DNA of 64,000 bases from an uncultured Gammaproteobacteria bacterium (lineage in GTDB: Bacteria; Patescibacteriota; Microgenomatia; UBA8517; UBA10165), in NCBI GenBank assembly GCA_964472675.1, contig CAYYLO010000001.1, forward strand, positions 21,704-85,703, read 5' to 3'. The position numbers were made by a program, and so were the translations under genes. Positions 18,844 to 28,912 of the stretch are shown here, piece by piece (position 1 is the stretch's first letter; each line of letters begins with the position of its first letter). The notes beneath the pieces were generated by a model. That model searched no databases. It saw nothing but the letters and a program-made list of their open reading frames with translations, and was not told the origin of the DNA.

Positions 18844-20106
18844 TTAATTGTAGCCCTTTTTACGTTTAATCCCAAGCAATAGAACACTAAACACCAAGAG
18901 ATTTACAACAGCTATAAAATTAGGCAGCCATGAAACTTTGTAAATAATTTCCAGTGGTGCAAAAGACGCGGCATTGAACAAGTGATAAATATTCAAAAGA
19001 TTTGAAACAGATAAAACTGCAACAGCCAAAGTTGTCAGCGGAACCAGGCCGGATAGTAATGTGGCTATCGGGAAAAATGGATAAAGGTATCTTTCGTGAA
19101 TTCTGGTCATAAACAAGAATGTAACTAATGCAGACAGAGCCAGGCCATAGAGAACATTTCTGTTTGATAAATTGTGTTTCAACCACAAACATAATCCGCC
19201 TATTACAACTGAGGAAACCAAAAAGCCCAATAATCTTGCGCTTGTTGAAAAATAAATTGTGCTATCTAAAGTTTTACCATTATCAATCAACCACCAAAAG
19301 TTAAATGCGTTTGCACTCAAAGAGCCTATTTCGCCTGACAAGATTCTGTTCTTGTATAAGTTTAAAAACCATATCGGAAAATCAACCTGGGGATGAAACC
19401 AAATTGAAATAAAGATTGTGGTTAAAACCGCGGCTAAAATGCTTTTTAACCACTGGCTACGATTAAATTTTTTAGTCAGCGCAACTACAAGCAGTATGGG
19501 AATAAAAATTGCCAACGACCCTTTAAAGAGTAAAGAAAGTATAAATAAAAATGAGAAGACTGTTAATTGACTACTCAAAAGTGCCACTATTGCACTTAGT
19601 CCTAAAAGATTAACTATACTATCTGTCTGACCCCAAATACTTGAGTTAAACCACACAACGGGATTCAAAACCCAAAATGTAGACATTAACAGCGCAGTTT
19701 TTGGCTTCTTCAACCTAATGAAGTATTGATATAAAACAGTCGCTATTCCCAAATCTGCAAAAATACTTGGAAGTTTTATCAACAACTTAAGTCCGCGGTC
19801 TTCCCAAAACCAAACAAAGGCCGAAGGAAAAGCGGGGATATGGTTGTTAAACCACCAAGCGAGTCGCTCGACTGTATTCCATATAATTTGTAAGCCAGCA
19901 AAAAGCAAAATGGTTAAAGGAGGTTGGTTTGGGGCAGAGTATGGCCAATTTTTGAGGTCATAAAAACCACTTAGTCCATGAGAAACAGCAATTTGCCCCC
20001 ACGAAATGTTGTTGTTCAAATCGCCATGATACGCGCTAAAAACAAAATAAAGCCGGAGAATTAAGCCCGTTAAAAGCAGAAAATAGAATTTATGTAAAAA
20101 CTTCAC
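18844..20106 (-). CDS. Integral membrane GT-C-like protein (DUF2029/GT87-like), family uncertain
   Basis: 420 aa, about 11 TM helices, loop motifs YHGDLNNNISWG and SSIWGQTDSIVN. GTG start overlapping the upstream stop (GTGA). Confidence 0.4.
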   Translation of the reverse strand: MKFLHKFYFLLLTGLILRLYFVFSAYHGDLNNNISWGQIAVSHGLSGFYDLKNWPYSAPNQPPLTILLFAGLQIIWNTVERLAWWFNNHIPAFPSAFVWFWEDRGLKLLIKLPSIFADLGIATVLYQYFIRLKKPKTALLMSTFWVLNPVVWFNSSIWGQTDSIVNLLGLSAIVALLSSQLTVFSFLFILSLLFKGSLAIFIPILLVVALTKKFNRSQWLKSILAAVLTTIFISIWFHPQVDFPIWFLNLYKNRILSGEIGSLSANAFNFWWLIDNGKTLDSTIYFSTSARLLGFLVSSVVIGGLCLWLKHNLSNRNVLYGLALSALVTFLFMTRIHERYLYPFFPIATLLSGLVPLTTLAVAVLSVSNLLNIYHLFNAASFAPLEIIYKVSWLPNFIAVVNLLVFSVLLLGIKRKKGYN

Positions 20107-21839
20107 TTTGTATTTTTGGTTAACAGGAAGAAAGCCGGTTCGCCTGATGGATATGCGACCGCTTTAACCATTTTTAGATCTTTTGGTAAACGCTCCGGTT
20201 CTTGTATTAAATTCACATTTACTTCCTTGGCAGTGGCTACATACAAAGTTTTGTCCGGTAAAACCTGGCCTAATGTATAAAGGTCAACATTGGGGGAGCC
20301 AAAGTAATATTTATCCAGCTTAGAAATCGCGCCAAAATTAGGTAGAGTTTCCCGTGGTAAATCTAAACCCCCCGTACCTCTTGGCTGGTAGAGTTCATGG
20401 AATCTTTGGGGGGAAAATTGAGACCAGCCTAGGAAAAAGATCATTGCCGGTTCTCCAGCATTACTAACAATTACACGATCATAAGTATTACTTTCTTCTA
20501 CCGCTGACCCAACAGCATCTTCAAATCCTGCATGCCACCACCGTTCCGAATCCCATGGGTAATGGATCCAATATAGATGTTGGAAAAATACGAAACTTGC
20601 CAATAATGCCAACACATACGAACACACAAACAGGCTGCGCACACGAGCTGAGAGCGAATTAAATGTGCTCCACACGCCATATCCCACCAAAAAGATTAAA
20701 GGTGGAAGAAGAAGAAAGAGACGTGTGGCGTGATTCCCGCCGTCACGAGTCAAAGCCGCTGGGATTGGCGCCACAATGACCCAGAAGAACACAAAAATTT
20801 TTATCTTCCTGTCTACCTTGGAAAAAATGAAGTATGCAAACCCCAACACCAGGAAAATGGCTTCAAATTTGTAAAACTCGCCAATTCTATTTGGTGAGTG
20901 GCGAGGATTCGGATCACCTTGGATAAAAAGAAAATCTGTTGAAAACGCACGTAAATAATTCTGGCCTACAAAGGTGGCAAGCCATGTCGCCTTATTGTGG
21001 AACAACTTGTCAACTATAGTCGGAGCTATCCCTACTTGAGCTACAGGATTGCGCATTTTGGCATCCCTTAACCGTGCAAATCCAATTTCAGGAGACATTG
21101 TGGGATCTGAAAAGACGGAAATGTAGTTAAAACGCTGGGCGCCTCCACCAAAAACCGTACTAAAAGTAATCGGTGCGGCAACTATCGCAAAACACAAAGC
21201 GGCAATCGCAAGCTGTTTCCGCGGCAGTTTAAGAAGATCACGCCACCAAATCAAAATTAATGCACTCATGGTCAGAGGTAAAAAGAGTTTGGCTGTGCTA
21301 TATACCCAAGGAGTAAGCGCAAGCGATACGCCAGCCAAATAAAGCCATCTAGGATTTTTCAAACCACGCAGGAAGAAATAAATTCCTGAAACATAAAAGA
21401 AGAAGAGCTGAGTTACTTCAAAGCCCGCACGGGAATATTGTATGTGCCATGGAGAAATGGAAAGGAGGAAGGCAGCCAAAAGGGCAAACCCTTGCTTGCC
21501 GGTAATTTGCCGCACTAAAAGGTAAAATACCCACACCCCCAAAATCCCAAAAATTGCTGCAGGGAGTCTGACTCCCCAAGGCGAGACTCCAAAGATTGCC
21601 ACAGTTGGTACAGCAGAATATAAATATAGCGGTGTTCTCCATTCAGCCAAAGACTGAAAATGGATAGGTAAAAAGTTGCCGGAGTAATCACGGCCAGTTT
21701 TCAAGATAGAATAGGCATGATAACCCACATCCAGCTCATCTCCAAATAAAGAAACCGGCACGCGGTCAAGCTGCCACAGGCGCAATAAGCTAGCTATTGC
21801 TAAAATACCTGCCAATAACAACTTTGAATGTTTATGCAT
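20103..21839 (-). CDS. PMT/GT39-family glycosyltransferase (GT-C)
   Basis: LFGDELDVGYHAYSILKTGRDYSGNFLPIHFQSLAEWRTPLYLY plus the conserved IVAPIPAALT-type helix. Confidence 0.85.
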   Translation of the reverse strand: MHKHSKLLLAGILAIASLLRLWQLDRVPVSLFGDELDVGYHAYSILKTGRDYSGNFLPIHFQSLAEWRTPLYLYSAVPTVAIFGVSPWGVRLPAAIFGILGVWVFYLLVRQITGKQGFALLAAFLLSISPWHIQYSRAGFEVTQLFFFYVSGIYFFLRGLKNPRWLYLAGVSLALTPWVYSTAKLFLPLTMSALILIWWRDLLKLPRKQLAIAALCFAIVAAPITFSTVFGGGAQRFNYISVFSDPTMSPEIGFARLRDAKMRNPVAQVGIAPTIVDKLFHNKATWLATFVGQNYLRAFSTDFLFIQGDPNPRHSPNRIGEFYKFEAIFLVLGFAYFIFSKVDRKIKIFVFFWVIVAPIPAALTRDGGNHATRLFLLLPPLIFLVGYGVWSTFNSLSARVRSLFVCSYVLALLASFVFFQHLYWIHYPWDSERWWHAGFEDAVGSAVEESNTYDRVIVSNAGEPAMIFFLGWSQFSPQRFHELYQPRGTGGLDLPRETLPNFGAISKLDKYYFGSPNVDLYTLGQVLPDKTLYVATAKEVNVNLIQEPERLPKDLKMVKAVAYPSGEPAFFLLTKNTK

Positions 21840-21841
21840 AG

Positions 21842-23473
21842 TTACTCGATCGCAACAATCTTTGCCTGAATATCTCCTCTACTATTTTTAACTATTTCAA
21901 GAACTTTTGCACCTTTTTGGTTGTCGATATCTTTTTGAGGTAAATTTTCTTCACTTCCTACAAACAATGTGTTCTTTAAATTTCTATCGTTAGGCCAATA
22001 TATTTTTCTAAAAGTAAATTTGCCAAAATCAAATGACTTGCGCGGTTTCCCTATTTTTTGCAGATCTAACTCTTTTAAATAACGCCCGGGCGGATACTTC
22101 CCATAAAAAAGATAGAAAATATACGGCTGGCCATGTCCGGTTTCGATAATAACTTGTGAGTATTTGCTTTCATACTTCATCACAACAGGGACAGTCTCGC
22201 GAAACCCAGGCTGCCAATTGCCAGAATCACGGAGAGGCAAGTAGACATGTAGCGAATCGAACAAATAAAAGGCTGCTAATAATCCCCATATACCAAAGAT
22301 AAAAAAACCGAGCTTCTTAGTAATTTTAGAGTAAGCATTAATTATGACCACCACACCAACCCCTATAAGCATGGAAAAAACCGCAAAAAGCGCCATTGTT
22401 CTACCTGGCTGGAACCAATTCCAAGTCAGCATCGCCGGAACAGGAGCTACAATAACAATAAAGATTAGTTCTTTGTACTTTTGAATGTTTTTAAATAAAT
22501 AAGCTAGTCCTACAACCCAAGGAATAAATTCGAAGGAGTGAAAAATAGAATTGCCGGCCAAAATTGTCGCCGGCTCTTGCGGTTCTCTCAAAAAAAGATT
22601 TGGGGGAGAAAAGTAAGCAAGATACCTCCCGCCAACCTCCCCAAGGAAGTAAAAGAGTTTATTGTGTAAAAAAATACTCCAGATGCTATTTGCCGAATGT
22701 TGCTCAATTAAAGAATTCAAAAAGGGAGTTACAGGCCAAAATATAAAGATATTAGTAGAGCCCACTCGAGCTAAAGCCTCACCTTTTAGGGCAAGAAAAA
22801 GAAACGCGCTGGTAAATATGGCCAAAATGCATGCGGATAAGGATAGTGGCACCTTGGGATATTTGGTCAGGTCTTTCTTATGCTTAAAAAATAAACCGGC
22901 CAGAATTAATGGCACTAAAACTTTATTAGCGTTATATGTGTACATGGAAATCATAAAAGATAAAACGGCTACTATTAGCAAATATGGCTTGCTTTTGGAA
23001 TACAAAAAGAGCAACAAACCAAGAAGCAAAAAGAAGAGGGCTTCATTGGCGTCGTGGTAAACACGCGACAGGTGAACAGACCAGGGCTCGATAGCGAAAA
23101 CAAATGCTGAAACTAGAGCTATTGAATTCTTTTTAAAAATCTGCGAAGTCAGGGAAAATATCAAAAAAATGGAAAGTGTTCCCAATAAAGCAGAAGGCAA
23201 CCTAACACTTAGTTCATTGAGACCAAAGACCTTGATGTTGGGGATCATTAAGTAAAGAGGCAACGTTGATTTGTACTCATCAAAAGAACGCGTAAAAATA
23301 GGCAAAAATTTACCATACTCATCTCTGCCCAATTGAGAAATGGAATAAGCATTATATCCCCAAGCTGCCTCATCCCAATTTAAAGAGGCGGGAGACCTAG
23401 AAAGACCATATAACCTTAAAAATCCTCCTAGTAAAATGACCAGTGCCAAAAAGCTGTATTGAATTTTTCTCAT
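21842..23473 (-). CDS. PMT/GT39-family glycosyltransferase (GT-C)
   Basis: LNWDEAAWGYNAYSISQLGRDEYGKFLPIFTRSFDEYKSTLPLY; ATGA overlap with the upstream gene at 23470-23473. Confidence 0.85.
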   Translation of the reverse strand: MRKIQYSFLALVILLGGFLRLYGLSRSPASLNWDEAAWGYNAYSISQLGRDEYGKFLPIFTRSFDEYKSTLPLYLMIPNIKVFGLNELSVRLPSALLGTLSIFLIFSLTSQIFKKNSIALVSAFVFAIEPWSVHLSRVYHDANEALFFLLLGLLLFLYSKSKPYLLIVAVLSFMISMYTYNANKVLVPLILAGLFFKHKKDLTKYPKVPLSLSACILAIFTSAFLFLALKGEALARVGSTNIFIFWPVTPFLNSLIEQHSANSIWSIFLHNKLFYFLGEVGGRYLAYFSPPNLFLREPQEPATILAGNSIFHSFEFIPWVVGLAYLFKNIQKYKELIFIVIVAPVPAMLTWNWFQPGRTMALFAVFSMLIGVGVVVIINAYSKITKKLGFFIFGIWGLLAAFYLFDSLHVYLPLRDSGNWQPGFRETVPVVMKYESKYSQVIIETGHGQPYIFYLFYGKYPPGRYLKELDLQKIGKPRKSFDFGKFTFRKIYWPNDRNLKNTLFVGSEENLPQKDIDNQKGAKVLEIVKNSRGDIQAKIVAIE

Positions 23474-25137
23474 TGTAGAGTCGTTTTTACAAACCAGAGC
23501 TGGTCGCCTAAAAATTTATTTGCTTGACTGACTCCTAAAATCTTTTGAAATACCACCCCATCTGTAACATTTGAAACATCTTCAAATTTTTGATTTTCGC
23601 CCAAAAACTCGCCTCCCAGGCCTACCCAAACTTCGTCTTTGCCCCTAGGGGATTCAAAATATTTGAAAGATTTGAATTCTACACCCCCTACTTGATTAAT
23701 ACGTTGAATTCCTGAGGAAGAATTTGTACTTAGTGTCTTTCCCTCCCGAAACGCATTTGGATCTACCTTTTTATAATACAGGTAATAATAAGCGGGCTCT
23801 CCTAACCTGTCTGTAACTATAACTTTTTTTTCATTTATATCCTGGTTTGTAATCGTGTTCCATATTTGATATTGTCGAAAATCATTCTCTGGAAGCCATT
23901 TTTCTTGATGGTAATTTAGCAAATCATAAAAAGATGCGTAAGTAATAACAAGAAATAGTAATCCCAGACTTATCAAAGCGGGACGCAAAGAAAATCTTAT
24001 TTGCCATAGGTAAGTAAGCAGTATTGTATAACCCAAAGCAAGAAAAGGAAGGAGGTAGACATAGGTTTCTTTAGAAAAAATTACGACTGTGGAGAGAGCG
24101 CTTACTGCAAGCAATTTATGCTGCTTGGGCAGTCGTTTGCCAAGAACAATCATTGCCAGCAAAATGAATGGTACTTCCCAGAAAAAGAATCGTGGAAGAC
24201 TTTTGGGGTCAACTGCTTCTCTGGACAAAATTGTACCAGCCTGGAAAGAAGAGGTCAGTTTCTCGTAGTTGAAATTTTCTATCAATGATCGGGAAAGGGC
24301 ATTGGCTCCATAAAATACTTTATTGTGAGCAATGCGATTAAAATTGAATTTTTCAGTTATTAAAGGTGAACCGTAAAGCTGACCAAAAGATAACCTTTGA
24401 TCAATTAAATAAGTAAAGTTTTGTGGCTGAATTTCCCTATATACCGTGTTCCTCTTAAAAAAACTGATTAGTTGGGGACTGGCTAGAAGGAACACAACTA
24501 TCGCCATTAAAGAGACCACCAACACGGAAAGGCTAACCTTTTTCCCCTTTCGGATATAGGACTCTCCCACAAACAAACATGCCAGAAAGGGTATGGAAGA
24601 AAAGTCTGAAAGTACACCCAGAAAAGACAGGAAAACTGCAGAATACCACTTTTGCGTAAATAACATGTAACTTGCAAATAGGCTAAATGCTAGAGCTCCA
24701 GTTAACCCCAAGTTAAATAGGCTTAATTGAATAAAGAAAGGGGATAAAGAGAAAACTAAAGAGGCAATTGCTGCTTGTAACCTACTTTTAAGAATTAGCA
24801 GTGACGATAAGAAAACAGCATAAACAGCCAAACCCCCCAAGACAATGGTCGGGATTCTAACAGCTGCCGTATTTAATCCGAATAACCAAATTGTTGGTAT
24901 CCGTAGATAAACCCCCAAAGTAGACAAATAGTTATTGTCTCCCCGAAACAGTATTCCAGGCAAATTGCCATTAGTATCTCTCCCCGTGTGTATTATTGAA
25001 TATGCAGTGTAACTTTCTTTTGCCTCCGCAAAATTTATTGGAAAGTTCGTATGGATTCTAAAAGTTAAAAAAAGGGCAATTATTAACACCCATACTGACA
25101 ACAATTGTTTCCGCTGAGATTTAGAAGTATTGGCCAC
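23470..25137 (-). CDS. Divergent PMT/GT39-like membrane protein (DE motif degenerate: Asp replaced)
   Basis: Same architecture and length as its neighbours, but the loop-1 motif reads AEAKESYTAYSIIHTGRDTNGNLPGILF. When aligned to D-E-x-x-x-G-Y-N-A-Y-S, the catalytic Asp position is Ala. Confidence 0.65.
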   Translation of the reverse strand: MANTSKSQRKQLLSVWVLIIALFLTFRIHTNFPINFAEAKESYTAYSIIHTGRDTNGNLPGILFRGDNNYLSTLGVYLRIPTIWLFGLNTAAVRIPTIVLGGLAVYAVFLSSLLILKSRLQAAIASLVFSLSPFFIQLSLFNLGLTGALAFSLFASYMLFTQKWYSAVFLSFLGVLSDFSSIPFLACLFVGESYIRKGKKVSLSVLVVSLMAIVVFLLASPQLISFFKRNTVYREIQPQNFTYLIDQRLSFGQLYGSPLITEKFNFNRIAHNKVFYGANALSRSLIENFNYEKLTSSFQAGTILSREAVDPKSLPRFFFWEVPFILLAMIVLGKRLPKQHKLLAVSALSTVVIFSKETYVYLLPFLALGYTILLTYLWQIRFSLRPALISLGLLFLVITYASFYDLLNYHQEKWLPENDFRQYQIWNTITNQDINEKKVIVTDRLGEPAYYYLYYKKVDPNAFREGKTLSTNSSSGIQRINQVGGVEFKSFKYFESPRGKDEVWVGLGGEFLGENQKFEDVSNVTDGVVFQKILGVSQANKFLGDQLWFVKTTLQ

Positions 25138-25176
25138 TTGCTTTTTAAAACCAACTAACGTAGGTATGTTTGTCTC

Positions 25177-26589
25177 TTATGTCGCAAAAAACCACCTATC
25201 GTAATTGTAATATATAATTTCTTCAGCAGACAGCAATAAAACGAATAAGAATATTACCAGCATGCTGCCCTGGGTAAGTTTTTTGAGCCAAAAAAACTCT
25301 TTATAAATAGAAAGTAAAAAGCCTGCGATAATTATGATTATAAAAAGGCGAAAATCGCTTACATAAGCCTGAAATCCTTCAACCCCAATTAACCGGTGAA
25401 CAGTTGTACCAAAAGGGAGAAGGATCAGCCCGAAAAACAAGGGTAAATTTGCAGACTGGAAAAGTCTTTCAATTAACCTTCCCAAGCTAATTGCCAAAAA
25501 AGGAAGAAAGGGGAATTTATACCATCCGTACGACTCGCTTCCAAACAACAGAAAGACAACAAAGTACGAAAACACAGCTAAAGCAAGAACTGTCCCTCCT
25601 TTTTTTACTTTCCACTCCATGGTAATAACCCAAAATAAAGAAATCCATCCGGCAGTAAGCCAGCCATCACTTAAACTTCTAAATGTGGTTATTTTGAATG
25701 AGTTTACTGCCTGAAAAAATATCTCACTCCCTGCCCCGTAAAAGCGCGAGGTATTTAGTATTTGAACATCTACAAAAGTTTTCCAGCCAAAATAAGCCCC
25801 ATACAATAAGAAAATAGTTAAGGCAACGCCTGCCCCCAACAGGGTTACAAGACAAAGTTCTTTTCTATTTTGCTTACCAAAAACTACCCCCACGCTTAAG
25901 AGAAAGAACGCAATTGATACTGAAGATAATTTCATCAATAAAGCTAATCCGGCAAACGAACTTGCGACTATCCAGTAAGTTATCTTTCTTTTATCTAAAT
26001 AATAAATTGCCGCCAAGATGGAAGCGAGGAATAATGGAATAAATGCATTTTCTGCTAATGCAAGCCTTGAAGAAATAACCATGAAAGGAGAAACTGAATA
26101 AACCAATGATGCCACAATACCAACAGTGGGATTATATAGTTTGCGGCCCAACAAAAAGATTAATATTGTCGTCACTATACCAATCCTCAACATCGGTCTT
26201 CTAAGGATTGCTACTGACGCATCTTCAAAATTCCTGATGCCTTTTGTATACGCATATCCTCCCGTAATCAAACCAAATAGTGGCGGGTGGTCAAACCAAG
26301 GTTTATCTAGAGAAAACAAGGGCCTGTGGGGATCTTTATCAAAAAGCTGATCTACATTTATTTTCTCAAAATCATGCGCTTTATATGCTGGCAAACCAGA
26401 CCACCCTATTGGGACACTATCACGAAGCAGACTTATTCCAACCCAACCAAAACTATACTCATCGGACGTTTCCCCTGGATGGGGAACTGTCGCATAGGAA
26501 AAGTATCTTAAGTAATTTCCTAAATATACTATTGCTAAGAGTGCAAAGATAATAGGCAGTCCTAGAAGCTTTTTGTGGTATTTCTCCAT
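25177..26589 (-). CDS. GT-C membrane glycosyltransferase, ArnT/PMT-like
   Basis: PHPGETSDEYSFGWVGISLL after TM1 (DE motif) and a multi-TM core. Start placed at internal ATG (MEKYHKKLLGLPIIFALLAIV); the track ORF extends to 26784 with a non-hydrophobic leader. Confidence 0.55.
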   Translation of the reverse strand: MEKYHKKLLGLPIIFALLAIVYLGNYLRYFSYATVPHPGETSDEYSFGWVGISLLRDSVPIGWSGLPAYKAHDFEKINVDQLFDKDPHRPLFSLDKPWFDHPPLFGLITGGYAYTKGIRNFEDASVAILRRPMLRIGIVTTILIFLLGRKLYNPTVGIVASLVYSVSPFMVISSRLALAENAFIPLFLASILAAIYYLDKRKITYWIVASSFAGLALLMKLSSVSIAFFLLSVGVVFGKQNRKELCLVTLLGAGVALTIFLLYGAYFGWKTFVDVQILNTSRFYGAGSEIFFQAVNSFKITTFRSLSDGWLTAGWISLFWVITMEWKVKKGGTVLALAVFSYFVVFLLFGSESYGWYKFPFLPFLAISLGRLIERLFQSANLPLFFGLILLPFGTTVHRLIGVEGFQAYVSDFRLFIIIIIAGFLLSIYKEFFWLKKLTQGSMLVIFLFVLLLSAEEIIYYNYDRWFFAT

Positions 26590-27452
26590 TTTTGTCCTGA
26601 CCAAATAACGAAATTGATAAGATAATGCATCAACATTCCGTGATAGGTTTTGCTTGAAGGGATAAGACGCCGCCACTGGTTTTCTTGTGTTGCCAAATTC
26701 TTTCCGCTCACTCCATGGTAGTGAACTACCTCCGCCTCCGGTAAGTAGTAAACTTTCAAACCAGCTTTCTTCAGTGCACGACAATAATCCAAGTCTTCAA
26801 AATATATGAAGTATTTCTCATTTAGAAAACCCACTTTCCCAAGGGCTTGGGGAGTTATCAAAAATGCAGCCATAACAAGCGCTTCCACCGAAACCAAAGA
26901 TTCCACCGGCCCTCTTTTGGGAATGTATTTAGAGTAGATGCCCTTTTGACCCAACCAAAATTCTTTTACGGCTCCCCACAACGTGGGGAGACGAAAAGCG
27001 GAAGGTTGGGTTGTGCCGTCTGGATTTAGCAACTTTGGCCCTACAGCCCCGGCATCTGGACAAGCTTTGGCAAAATCCAACAACTTTTGGATGGCATCTT
27101 TTATAACTACCGTATCGGGATTAAGAAGAAGCACATACTCGCCTTTAGCTTCCCTGATCCCACGATTATAACCTCTTGCAAATCCTAAATTGCTTCCGTT
27201 TTGAATCCCAATAACCCTTTCTTTTTTGGGAACCTTAAAAGAGTCATCAGTTGAAGCGTTGTCTAAAAGAATAAGCTCTGAACATGGTTTGCAAAGATTT
27301 TTAGTGGTCCGCAATATCGAATCAACACATTTGGAGAAAATACCCCCAGTGTTGTAGTTTAGGATTATTATCGAAAGTTCAATGCTGGAATTGTGAGAAG
27401 ATTTCTTCATCTGTAACTTTAACCTCCTTTGCTTCACGAGTCCGTCGCACAA
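26562..27452 (-). CDS. GT2-family glycosyltransferase
   Basis: SIIILNYNTGG ... LLDNASTDDS ... LLNPDTVV (DXD). A likely true start MKKSSHN lies at 27410. Confidence 0.85.
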   Translation of the reverse strand: MCDGLVKQRRLKLQMKKSSHNSSIELSIIILNYNTGGIFSKCVDSILRTTKNLCKPCSELILLDNASTDDSFKVPKKERVIGIQNGSNLGFARGYNRGIREAKGEYVLLLNPDTVVIKDAIQKLLDFAKACPDAGAVGPKLLNPDGTTQPSAFRLPTLWGAVKEFWLGQKGIYSKYIPKRGPVESLVSVEALVMAAFLITPQALGKVGFLNEKYFIYFEDLDYCRALKKAGLKVYYLPEAEVVHYHGVSGKNLATQENQWRRLIPSSKTYHGMLMHYLINFVIWSGQKWRNTTKSF

Positions 27453-28251
27453 TAACTTGGGGCAATTTCGACAAAGCCCAAAGAACCGGCATTACATAGC
27501 CCAGGTGACGCAATCTCCACAATAATCCAGGGATGTGTTTGCTTACTATCCACCCTAAGTTTAAGTTCTTCCAACAAAACAAAAGTTGGTTTCTCTCTTT
27601 TATATAGTTTAGGTATCTTGTTGAGAAATACTTCCTGTTTATTGTTGATTCATGCTTGTGCGCGACTAGCGCTTCAGGCTCCCAAATCAGTTTCCATCCT
27701 CTTTTTAGCGCGCGATATGATAAGTCGACATCTTCCCAGTAAAACGGGTTTAGTAGAGCATCTAGCCCACCGAGATTAGCCCAAATAGATCGGCGGAAAG
27801 CGCCCGAACCTCCGCTGATCCAAAAGGTATTGTGAGGTTTATCCGACTCCGGTCCCATTTGGTGCCCTATGAAACCTTGCTCAATTTTTGGAATTGCATA
27901 TGAGTAACCCTTTTCTCTCAAAGAGACACCAAAAACTTGCCTGTCTTCAAAGTGCTTCAATACAAAGCACAAAATATTTTTTTCCGGAACGACATCAGAG
28001 TTGAGGAGAAAAACAATGTCGGCAGAAGTTGCGGCAACACCATCGTTAACGGTAGAAGAAAAACCCTGATTCTTTTTGTGTCGCACAATCTTTACAGTAG
28101 GAAAGTGCTCTGTCAAAAAAGCGGCACTACTATCCGTTGAAGCATCGTCCACAACAATAACCTCGTCAAATCCCACCCTCAGAACAGAGGGCAAATTTTT
28201 CTCAAGCAATTTCCTTCCCTGCCAATTAGGAATCACAACAGCCGTCGTCAT
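27379..28251 (-). CDS. GT2-family glycosyltransferase
   Basis: TTAVVIPNWQG ... VVDDASTDSS ... LLNSDVVP, canonical GT-A signature. Confidence 0.85.
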   Translation of the reverse strand: MTTAVVIPNWQGRKLLEKNLPSVLRVGFDEVIVVDDASTDSSAAFLTEHFPTVKIVRHKKNQGFSSTVNDGVAATSADIVFLLNSDVVPEKNILCFVLKHFEDRQVFGVSLREKGYSYAIPKIEQGFIGHQMGPESDKPHNTFWISGGSGAFRRSIWANLGGLDALLNPFYWEDVDLSYRALKRGWKLIWEPEALVAHKHESTINRKYFSTRYLNYIKERNQLLFCWKNLNLGWIVSKHIPGLLWRLRHLGYVMPVLWALSKLPQVIVRRTREAKEVKVTDEEIFSQFQH

Positions 28252-28258
28252 ATGAGTA

Positions 28259-28912
28259 TTATTCTTTAACCGCTTTAACTGCCTGCAACATACCCCACAT
28301 AAATTTCTTTACCTCCTTGATTTTGAAACCCCCTTTTTTAATGGTTGTAAGAATCTCTTCTGCCGATAAGTCCTGGACATGTGTTCCCTTCCATATCTTG
28401 CCAGGACCTAATAACCATATCTGCCAGCCTACTTTAAACAAAAAATTTTCGTTTGGCACCAGAACTACTGCATATCCGCCCTTTTTCAAAACCCTAAACA
28501 TCTCGCAAGCTGCTTTTTCCGGATCCTCAACGTGTTCCAGGGTTTCTAGGCAAAATACAGCATCAAAACTATTGTCTGGGAAAGGAAGTTCGTGTGCATC
28601 GGCCACTCTAAAAGAGACCACTTTGCTGCGCGCAAACCTTCTTTTAGCATAAGACACGGAACCTGGCAACACATCAATGCCAACTACTTTATCGGCTTTA
28701 GATTTCTCTATAATAACTTTAGTGAAAGTTCCGTCTGCCGAACCAATATCTAAAATCTTTCCTCCTAATGGCTCTATTATTTTACCAATCTCTTCAAATC
28801 TGCGTGTATGCCAAAACCGCTGGAAAATATTTTCTTTGATAGACCGCGCGTACCAATCGGCCGGAACTTTTGAGTGAAGTTCGGCAGCTCGATTCAAACT
28901 ACTGGAACTCAT
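28259..28912 (-). CDS. Class I SAM-dependent methyltransferase
   Basis: KILDIGSADGTFT (motif I), VVGIDVLPGS, DAVFCLETLEHV, RVLKKGGYAVV. Confidence 0.85.
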   Translation of the reverse strand: MSSSSLNRAAELHSKVPADWYARSIKENIFQRFWHTRRFEEIGKIIEPLGGKILDIGSADGTFTKVIIEKSKADKVVGIDVLPGSVSYAKRRFARSKVVSFRVADAHELPFPDNSFDAVFCLETLEHVEDPEKAACEMFRVLKKGGYAVVLVPNENFLFKVGWQIWLLGPGKIWKGTHVQDLSAEEILTTIKKGGFKIKEVKKFMWGMLQAVKAVKE

